DNA of 23,605 bases from Gemmatimonadota bacterium. GTDB taxonomy: Bacteria; Gemmatimonadota; Gemmatimonadetes; Longimicrobiales; RSA9. Below the pieces are notes generated by a model. That model made no database searches and was not told where the DNA came from. It saw only the letters and a program-made list of their open reading frames with translations. Of the stretch, positions 17,043 to 23,605 are shown one piece after another (positions within the stretch are counted from its first letter, which is position 1; every line of letters begins with the position of its first letter). The stretch spans positions 1 to 23,605 of the forward strand of contig JBBDRO010000076.1 of NCBI GenBank assembly GCA_040905425.1, written 5' to 3'. A program made the translations under genes and the position numbers.

Positions 17043-18380
17043 TTGTCCCTACATGGCTCCGTCCGGGCCGCGCCGCTGGCGCTGCTCGCGACCGTATTCC
17101 TGTATGCGCCGCCCCTGGCGGCCCAGGAAACCCCGGACTCAGTCCGGGTCGAGATGGCGCGTCTTCGTGCGCGTCTGGACAGTCTGGAGATCCTGGTCCG
17201 CCGGCTCCAAGCCGAGGGTCGTGAGCCGGAGGCACAGGACGCGCTGGCCCGGCTCAGGGAGGCGGCGGCCGCCGCCGCTGGTAGCGCGCGCGCGGACAGC
17301 GCTGCCGGCGCTGACGCCGCCGCGCCCGTCTCCGCGAGCCGGCAGCGCTCGCTCCAGGCGCTGAACCCGGAGATCAGCATCAACGCCGACATACTCGGCC
17401 ATCTGGATCCGGACAATGCCAACGGCAACAATTTCATCCCGCGAGAGTTCGAGTTCAGCTTCCAGTCGGCGCTCGACCCCTATTCGCGGGCCAAGATCTT
17501 CCTGGCCCATCACACGCACGGGCCGGAACTCGTTGCCTTCCCGGAGGAGGAGGGGGGGGAGGAGGAGGAAGGCGGGCTCGAGATCGAGGAAGGATATGTG
17601 GAGTGGGTCGGGCTTCCGGCCGGCGTCGGTCTGAAGCTGGGCAAGTTCTTCCAGCGCTTCGGAGCGCTCAACCGGTGGCATGAACACGCCCTGCCGTTTC
17701 AGAACCGATCGCTGCCGCACCAGGCATTCATCGGAGAGGAGGGCCTGTCCCAGGCCGGCGCCTCCTTGAACTGGATCCTTCCGGTGCACGGGCTCGGCGC
17801 CTATGACGCCACGGTGGAGGTGACGCGCAGCTCGAACGAACCGCTTTTCGGTACGAACAACGAACTGAGCTACCTGGGCCATTTGAACGGCTTCTGGGAG
17901 CTGGGCGCGGCCAGCGACGTGGATCTGGGGGTGAGCTGGTTGCATGGCCGCTATGAGGATGACGTGGTGGCCATGGACCGCGACCTTGTCGGAGTGGAGG
18001 CGGCGTACACCTGGCGGCCGCCGGCCCGGTCCCGGTACCGGGAACTGGTCGTGCGGGGCGGGGCCACCGTGCTGGACGGGCTGGTTCCGGACGAGGCCGC
18101 GGCCGCCGACGACCGCGCGGTGGGACTGTGGTCCCTGGCGGAGTTGCGTCTCAACCAGCGTTGGCTGGTCGGGGGTCGCGTGGACCGGGTCGAGAATCCC
18201 CTGGACACGAGCGAGTCGGCATGGCTGGCGTCCACCACCCTGACGTGGTGGCAGAGCGAATACGTGCGGCTCCGCCTGGAGTACGATCTCCTGGGCCGGA
18301 GCTTCATGGAGGACGACGACGGCCGGCTGTGGTTCCAGGTGACGTTCGCCATGGGGCCCCACAAGCACGAGACTTACTGA
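17043..18380 (+). CDS. Outer-membrane beta-barrel (porin/receptor-like) of a metal-uptake operon
   Basis: GAGGAG-6nt-TTG17043; signal peptide, coiled coil, LNPEIS, EIEEGY, GKFFQRFGALNRWHEH, SEYVRLRLEY, His-containing tail GPHKHETY. Confidence 0.8.
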   Translation: MSLHGSVRAAPLALLATVFLYAPPLAAQETPDSVRVEMARLRARLDSLEILVRRLQAEGREPEAQDALARLREAAAAAAGSARADSAAGADAAAPVSASRQRSLQALNPEISINADILGHLDPDNANGNNFIPREFEFSFQSALDPYSRAKIFLAHHTHGPELVAFPEEEGGEEEEGGLEIEEGYVEWVGLPAGVGLKLGKFFQRFGALNRWHEHALPFQNRSLPHQAFIGEEGLSQAGASLNWILPVHGLGAYDATVEVTRSSNEPLFGTNNELSYLGHLNGFWELGAASDVDLGVSWLHGRYEDDVVAMDRDLVGVEAAYTWRPPARSRYRELVVRGGATVLDGLVPDEAAAADDRAVGLWSLAELRLNQRWLVGGRVDRVENPLDTSESAWLASTTLTWWQSEYVRLRLEYDLLGRSFMEDDDGRLWFQVTFAMGPHKHETY

Positions 18381-18408
18381 TCCCTCCCGAAGCAGGAGAA
18401 GCGGTTCC

Positions 18409-19446
18409 ATGTTGACCTATCTGGCACTGGCGGCGGCAGTCCTGGGCTCCGGACCGGCTCCGCGCCCCACTCCGATCGCCGCGCCCCTCCGCGTGGTGGC
18501 CACCCTGCCCGTCTACGCTGATCTGGCGCGCAAGATCGGCGGGGCGGAGGTGGACGCGATGACCATCGCCAATCCCAACGAGGACGCCCATTTCGTCCGG
18601 CCCAAGCCGAGTTTTGCCCTGGAACTCAGGCGCGCGGACCTGTTCATCACCACCGGCCTGGACCTGGAGTTGTGGGCACCCACGCTCCTCGATCGCGCGG
18701 GCAACAACGCCGTCATGGAGGGCGGCCGCGGCTACGTCACCGCTTACACGGGCGTCCACCTTCTGGACATCCCCGCCTCGGCGGACCGCGGCCAGGGCGA
18801 TGTCCACATCTACGGCAACCCCCACCTCACTACGGACCCGCTGCGGACCCTCCAGATCGCACGCAACATCGCCGCGGGTCTGAAGCGCGTGGCGCCGGAC
18901 CGCGCCGCCGTCTTCGACGCCGGCCTGGACCGTCTCACCCAGCAGATGCACGAGCGGCTCTTCGGCGCGCGCCTGGTGCAGATGCTCGGCGGCTCCACCC
19001 TCGAGCAGATGGCACTCAAGGGTACGCTCGTGGGCTTCCTGGAGAACCAGGAATTTGAGGGGCGGAAACTCTCCACCTACCTGGGCGGCTGGCTTGGGAC
19101 AGGGCGGGCGTTTTGGGGCAGGGAGATCATCTGCTATCACAAGAACTGGGCTTACTTCGAGGAGCGCTTCGGCGTGACCTGCGCGGAGTACGTCGAGGCC
19201 AAGCCCGGCATCCCTCCCACCCCCGGACACGTCTCGCACCTCATCGACCGTATGAAGAACGAGGGGCTGAACGTGCTGCTGGCCGCCAGTTACTTCGATC
19301 GGAACAAGGTCGAAACGGTGGCCCGGCGTGGCGGCGCCACGGCCGTCATCGTGCCGCTTGCGCCCGGAGCGGGGAGTGCGGAGGACTACTTTGCGCTCGT
19401 CGATGCGTGGGTGGGCGGCCTGGCGCGGGCCTTCGCGAACAATTGA
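18409..19446 (+). CDS. ZnuA/TroA-family metal ABC substrate-binding protein
   Basis: VVATLP, EDAHF, GLDLE.W, GNPH...DP, YHKNW.YF, EAKPGIPPTPGH; AGGAG RBS. Confidence 0.92.
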   Translation: MLTYLALAAAVLGSGPAPRPTPIAAPLRVVATLPVYADLARKIGGAEVDAMTIANPNEDAHFVRPKPSFALELRRADLFITTGLDLELWAPTLLDRAGNNAVMEGGRGYVTAYTGVHLLDIPASADRGQGDVHIYGNPHLTTDPLRTLQIARNIAAGLKRVAPDRAAVFDAGLDRLTQQMHERLFGARLVQMLGGSTLEQMALKGTLVGFLENQEFEGRKLSTYLGGWLGTGRAFWGREIICYHKNWAYFEERFGVTCAEYVEAKPGIPPTPGHVSHLIDRMKNEGLNVLLAASYFDRNKVETVARRGGATAVIVPLAPGAGSAEDYFALVDAWVGGLARAFANN

Positions 19447-19470
19447 TCACGACGTCACGGGAGAGCCGAC

Positions 19471-20340
19471 ATGCTGGACCTGATGATCCCACCCATCGTT
19501 GCGGCGCTCGTGATCCTGTCGGTGCACGCTTATCTGGGACTGCACGTCATAGCCCGTGAAGTGATCTTCGTGGACCTGGCGTTCGCGCAGATCGCCGCCA
19601 TGGGAACCACGGTGGGGCTGCTCTTCGGGATCGAGGTGGGAAGTCCGCTTTCGCTCCTGGGGGCGTTCGCGTTCACGCTGGTGGGGGCGCTGCTCTTCAG
19701 TTTCACGCGGCTGGAGGACTCCCCGGTGCCCCAGGAGGCCATGATTGGCATCACGTACGTGGTGGCCTCCGCGGCCGTGATCCTGATCGCGGGCTACACC
19801 GCGGAGGGCGCGGAGCACATCAAGGAGACCCTCACGGGCACGCTCATCTGGGTGAGCTGGCCCACGATCGGCAAGATGGCGGGGGCGTACTTCGCGGTGG
19901 CGGTTTTCCACTGGGTCTTCCGGCGCCAGCTCCTGGCCGTCACCTTCGCCCCGGAGCGGGTCCGGCGGCTCCGCCTTTGGGATTTCCTCTTTTACGTGTC
20001 CTTCGGTGTGGCCATCAGCTTCTCCGTGGAGGTGGCCGGCGTGCTCATGGTGTTCAGCACCCTGGTCATCCCCGCCGTGGTGGCGTTCCTGTACACCGAC
20101 CGCCTTGGCACGGCGCTCCTGCTGGCCTGGGTCGCGGGTGCCGTGGCCATTGTGGGGGGGATCGCCGCCTCCTTCGCCTGGGACGTGGCCACTGGCCCCC
20201 TCCTGGTATGCGCCTTCGGGGTGCTCCTGGTGGCGGCCTTCGGCGTACGGCCGCTGCTCGGCGTGCGCACAGGACGGAAGGTGCGGGTGGCGCTCCTGGA
20301 GGAAGACCCGGCCCCCGCGGAGGAGCCGACGCCGGCATAG
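19471..20340 (+). CDS. ZnuB/MntB-family (ABC-3) metal permease
   Basis: YLGLHVIAREVIFVDLAFAQIAAMG, EAMIGITY, GVLMVFSTLVIPA, TGPLLV. Confidence 0.92.
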   Translation: MLDLMIPPIVAALVILSVHAYLGLHVIAREVIFVDLAFAQIAAMGTTVGLLFGIEVGSPLSLLGAFAFTLVGALLFSFTRLEDSPVPQEAMIGITYVVASAAVILIAGYTAEGAEHIKETLTGTLIWVSWPTIGKMAGAYFAVAVFHWVFRRQLLAVTFAPERVRRLRLWDFLFYVSFGVAISFSVEVAGVLMVFSTLVIPAVVAFLYTDRLGTALLLAWVAGAVAIVGGIAASFAWDVATGPLLVCAFGVLLVAAFGVRPLLGVRTGRKVRVALLEEDPAPAEEPTPA

Positions 20341-20387
20341 GGGCGGGCGCCGGCGAAATGGAAGCGACCGAAAGGAGGAGGGGCGGC

Positions 20388-20546
20388 ATGCGCAAGCTGT
20401 TTAGCCTGATAGGAGCGATGGTGGGCGGGTGGTTGGGGTGGTATCTCGGAGCGCCGGTTTCGGTCTTCGCCGCCTTTGTCGTGAGTATGCTCGGGACGGG
20501 GGTGGGGCTGTACCTGGGCAATCGGTTGGCGACGCGCTATTCGTAG
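20388..20546 (+). CDS. Small 2-TM glycine-rich membrane protein (52 aa)
   Basis: Strong RBS AAAGGAGGAGG at 20371; MRKLFSLIGAMVGGWLGWYLG...GTGVGLYLG. Confidence 0.75.
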   Translation: MRKLFSLIGAMVGGWLGWYLGAPVSVFAAFVVSMLGTGVGLYLGNRLATRYS

Positions 20547-20632
20547 CGGAGACTTCGGGCACCAGGTTCTCGTGGCCACCCTCGGATCACGCCCTGGAGG
20601 CGATCTTCGCGGTTCCCCACCACCTCGGCCGG

Positions 20633-20820
20633 ACGCCCGCCTTTGATCCTGCCGACCCGAACCCCATCCCGGACTTCGACTTCGATCCGACCCCACATGC
20701 CGGTGGCGCATGGCCCACCGGCGCAGCCTCGCGCCACGACCGACGGTCCTGTTGCGGCTGTCGCGAGGGCCTCCCTACCTTGGCTGGGAGTCGAAAAGGT
20801 GCGTTGACCTTCCTATTCCT
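20633..20820 (+). mobile_element. IS91/ISCR-like remnant: transposase C-terminal tail plus oriIS-like end
   Basis: TPAFDPADPNPIPDFDFDPT acidic tail; CCTACCTTGGCTG...GCGTTGACCTTCCTATTCCT; the next gene is truncated right at this end. Confidence 0.7.
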
Positions 20821-20822
20821 AG

Positions 20823-21053
20823 CTTGAGGCGGTCCCGACCGGGGAGACGTTCCGCTCGCACACGCTGCGGCTTACCGCGGACCAGAACCCCGCCAACATG
20901 GGCCTGCTCCTGGCCCTGGGCCACGCCACCGATGTGGATTCGTCGGCCTGGGAGGAGAGCTTCATCCCGATGCAGCTGGCGGAGCGCGTGCGGCACTTGA
21001 CGGCGCTGGGCTGGTTCGCCACGGAGCCGGAGAGCCCCGGCGCCCGTGCCTGA
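20823..21053 (+). pseudogene. 5'-truncated gene of unknown function upstream of the ABC exporter
   Basis: Frame LEAVPTGETFRSHTLRL...WEESFIPMQLAERVRHLTALGWF...* begins just after the ori-like end; its stop lies within the first codons of the ATPase. Confidence 0.6.
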
Positions 21054-21933
21054 GCCAGCGGAGCGGAGCCGTCAGCCCCTGATCGAGGTCCGCGACCTCC
21101 GCTTCACCTACCACCGCGCGGCGGAACCGGCGGTCCGGGGCCTGGATTTCGACGTCGAGCGGGGCGAGATCTTCGGCTTTCTCGGGCCGAACGGCGCCGG
21201 CAAGTCCACCACGCAGAAGATCCTCATCGGTCTGCTGCGCGAATTCGCAGGCCGGGTCACGGTGCTCGGGTCCCCACTCCCCGAGTGGGGCGCCGACTTC
21301 TACGAGCACATCGGCGTGGCGTTCGAGTTCCCGAACCACTATCTGAAGCTGACCGGGCTCGAGAACCTGGCTTATTTCCGGGCGCTCTACAGCCAGGGCA
21401 CGCTCGAGCCGGCGGACCTCCTGCAGCAGGTCGATCTGGCCGGTGACGGGGCCACGCTCGTGTCGCAGTACTCGAAGGGGATGAAGACCAGGCTCAGCGT
21501 CGCGCGCGCCCTGCTCAACGATCCGGAGCTGCTGTTCCTCGATGAACCCACCACGGGGCTCGACCCGGTGAGTGCACGCCGGATCAAGCAGCTGATCCGG
21601 GAGCAGCGGGACGGCGGGAAGACCGTGTTCCTGACCACGCACGACATGGCAGTGGCCGATGAGCTCTGCGATCGCGTCGCGTTCATTGTCGACGGCGGGA
21701 TCACCCTCATCGACACGCCCCGCAACCTCAAGCTCGAGTACGGCGATCCCCGGGTCCGCGTCGAGGTTGTCGAAGGCGGGCACACCGAGCGCCGGGAGTT
21801 CCCGCTTGTCGGTCTGGGGGAGAACGCCGATTTCCTCGAGGCGGTCCGGCACCCCGGCCTCCAGACCATCCACACGCTCGAGGCCTCGCTCGAGGACATT
21901 TTCGTACAGGTCACGGGACGGGCCCTGGCATGA
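21046..21933 (+). CDS. ABC exporter ATP-binding protein (Rv2688c-like)
   Basis: GPNGAGKST, YSKGM, LFLDEPTTGLDP, LTTH, SLEDIF. Confidence 0.93.
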   Translation: MPEPAERSRQPLIEVRDLRFTYHRAAEPAVRGLDFDVERGEIFGFLGPNGAGKSTTQKILIGLLREFAGRVTVLGSPLPEWGADFYEHIGVAFEFPNHYLKLTGLENLAYFRALYSQGTLEPADLLQQVDLAGDGATLVSQYSKGMKTRLSVARALLNDPELLFLDEPTTGLDPVSARRIKQLIREQRDGGKTVFLTTHDMAVADELCDRVAFIVDGGITLIDTPRNLKLEYGDPRVRVEVVEGGHTERREFPLVGLGENADFLEAVRHPGLQTIHTLEASLEDIFVQVTGRALA

Positions 21934-22634
21934 GCCGCCTCGTGGCGACGATCCAGTGCGACGTCCGGCTCCAACTCCGGAACGGGTTCTACTCGGCCGT
22001 GGCATTCCTGCTCGCCGTCATGCTGGTGGTATTTTCGCAGCTCCCGCCCTTCGACTGGGCGCCCGTGCTGCCGCCGCTCGTGCTCAGCAACCTGGTCACG
22101 GCCACGTTCTTCTTCATGGCCGGGCTGGTGCTGCTGGAGAAGAGGGAAGGAACGCTCGCGGCCCAGGTGGTCACGCCGCTCCGGGTCGGTGACTACCTGG
22201 CCTCGAAGATCGTGACACTCACGGCGCTCTCGCTGGCCGAGCACCTGGTCATCGCGCTCATCACGACAGGTACGTCGTTCCGCCCGCTGCCGCTGGTCAT
22301 GGGCGTCGTGCTCGCATCCGCCCTGTACTGCCTGACCGGCTTTGCGGCTGTGGTGCGCTACGACTCGATCAACGAGATGATGTTCCCGACCATCGTCTGG
22401 GTGACGCTCTTCGCGCTGCCGATCCTCCACTACGCCGGTCTCTGGCACTCACCGTTCATGTACCTCCACCCGTTCCAGGCGCCACTCGTGATCCTGAAAG
22501 GCGCCGTGGCTCCGCTCCGGGCGTGGGAGTGGCTCTACGGCTTCGGGTACTCCGCCCTCTGGATCGGAGCCGCCTGGGCGTGGTGCCAGTATGCGTTCCA
22601 GCGGTTCGTGGTGGCGGCGGCCGGAGCGCGGTGA
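21930..22634 (+). CDS. ABC exporter permease (Rv2687c-like, fluoroquinolone-export family)
   Basis: DVRLQLRNGFY, LLEKREGTL, VTPLR..DYLASK; ATGA coupling. Confidence 0.85.
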   Translation: MSRLVATIQCDVRLQLRNGFYSAVAFLLAVMLVVFSQLPPFDWAPVLPPLVLSNLVTATFFFMAGLVLLEKREGTLAAQVVTPLRVGDYLASKIVTLTALSLAEHLVIALITTGTSFRPLPLVMGVVLASALYCLTGFAAVVRYDSINEMMFPTIVWVTLFALPILHYAGLWHSPFMYLHPFQAPLVILKGAVAPLRAWEWLYGFGYSALWIGAAWAWCQYAFQRFVVAAAGAR

Positions 22635-22635
22635 G

Positions 22636-23370
22636 ATGAACGCCACCCGCGTGCTCCGGGCCCTGGGCCCCATCGACGCCGCGAACATCCGGCGGGATCC
22701 GCTCCTGCGTTGGATGTTCGCGATGCCGCTCCTGTTCGCGTTGCTGTTCCGCTGGGTCGCGGCGGTTGCACGGGACTGGCTGGCCGGCTTCGGCGTGGAC
22801 CTGGCCGCGTATGCGCCGCTGATCTCGAGCGGCATCGTCCTGATCGCGCCCATGCTGTACGGCGTCGTGATCGGCTTCCTGCTGCTGGACGAGAAGGACG
22901 ACCAGACGCTCACGGCCTTGCGGGTCACACCGCTAACGGGGCGTGGCTACATCACCTACCGGATCGCGATCCCCATGGCGTTGAGCGTTCTGATGACGCC
23001 CGTGGCGCTGGCGTTGGGCGGGTTCTCGGACCTGGGCGTGGGCGCGCAGCTTCTCGCGGGCGTCGCGGCGGCGCCGCTGGCTCCGGCCTTTGCGCTGATG
23101 ATGGCCGCGTTCGCGCGGAACAAGGTGCAGGGATTCGCACTGATGAAGGCGTCCGGCATCATCAACTGGCCGCCGCTCATTGCCTGGTTCGTGGATTCGA
23201 ACTGGCAGCTCGCGCTGGGCATCTGCCCGACGTACTGGCCGGTCAGGTTCTACTGGGCGCTCGAAGCGGGCGCTGCCGGGGCCTGGATCTGGTTCGTGGT
23301 CGGAACCCTGTACCTGGCCGTCGTGATCCTGCTGCTGCTCAGGCGTTTCGAACGGGTGGTGGACCGGTAG
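22636..23370 (+). CDS. ABC exporter permease (Rv2686c-like)
   Basis: LGPIDAANIRRDPLL, GFLLLDEKDDQTLTALRVTP, ARNKVQGFALMK, PTYWP. Confidence 0.87.
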   Translation: MNATRVLRALGPIDAANIRRDPLLRWMFAMPLLFALLFRWVAAVARDWLAGFGVDLAAYAPLISSGIVLIAPMLYGVVIGFLLLDEKDDQTLTALRVTPLTGRGYITYRIAIPMALSVLMTPVALALGGFSDLGVGAQLLAGVAAAPLAPAFALMMAAFARNKVQGFALMKASGIINWPPLIAWFVDSNWQLALGICPTYWPVRFYWALEAGAAGAWIWFVVGTLYLAVVILLLLRRFERVVDR

Positions 23371-23424
23371 CTCAGTAGCTCACATCCCGGGTGACGGTCC
23401 CTCCGGCAGTTCGACGCGGTACTC

Positions 23425-23605
23425 CTGGACGTGGACACGCTCCGCGCCCTGGAGGACGCGCTGCTGGAATTTGCCGGCTGTACCGTGGTCATCTCATACG
23501 ACCGCTGGTTCCTGGACCGCATTGCCACCCACATCCTGGCCCTCGAGGGGGACAGCCAGGTGCGCTGGTTCGAGGGCAACTACCAGGAGTACGAGGAGGA
23601 CCGGC
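23425..23605 (+). pseudogene. ettA: Second ettA 3' fragment (runs off the window)
   Basis: [60 protein letters not shown]; 144/159 nt identical to 16340-16498; in-frame TGA upstream at 23392; H-loop His changed to Tyr. Confidence 0.88.

Noticed and set aside
21046..23370. Bona fide fluoroquinolone resistance determinant
   Set aside because: Family resemblance to Rv2686c-2688c only; the substrate cannot be inferred from sequence

Overview
High-GC, mosaic accessory region. The gene style (BNR/VPS10 hydrolase, glycine-zipper and signal-peptide ORFs) suggests a Gram-negative, possibly Gemmatimonadota-like bacterium (inference). In order: a palindrome-cored 40-bp repeat array; an IS91/ISCR-like HUH transposase remnant with oriIS-like ends; DUF4212 plus an internally deleted sodium:solute symporter; amidohydrolase; Fes-like esterase; a ba3-type (B-family) cytochrome oxidase operon cbaDBA with two unknown membrane ORFs; a BBE-like flavin oxidase with a divergent HxlR regulator; a Gp49/RelE-XRE toxin-antitoxin pair; a large BNR/VPS10 protein; then about 7 kb bracketed by two ettA 3' fragments. 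That segment carries a metal-uptake operon (outer-membrane barrel, ZnuA-like, ZnuB-like, no ATPase) and an Rv2686c-2688c-like ABC exporter. Best candidate for a new system: an apparently leaderless 111-aa upstream ORF with an N-terminal hydrophobic segment, a non-canonical His/Cys cluster and a C-terminal RAPP arrest motif, followed by alternative hairpins that occlude the next gene's Shine-Dalgarno. It looks like a CruR/CutF-like ribosome-stalling metal sensor controlling a Zn/Mn/Ni-type importer. Many junctions fall exactly at IS91-like ori ends or gene-fragment microhomologies. All family calls are by motif recognition; no searches were run.
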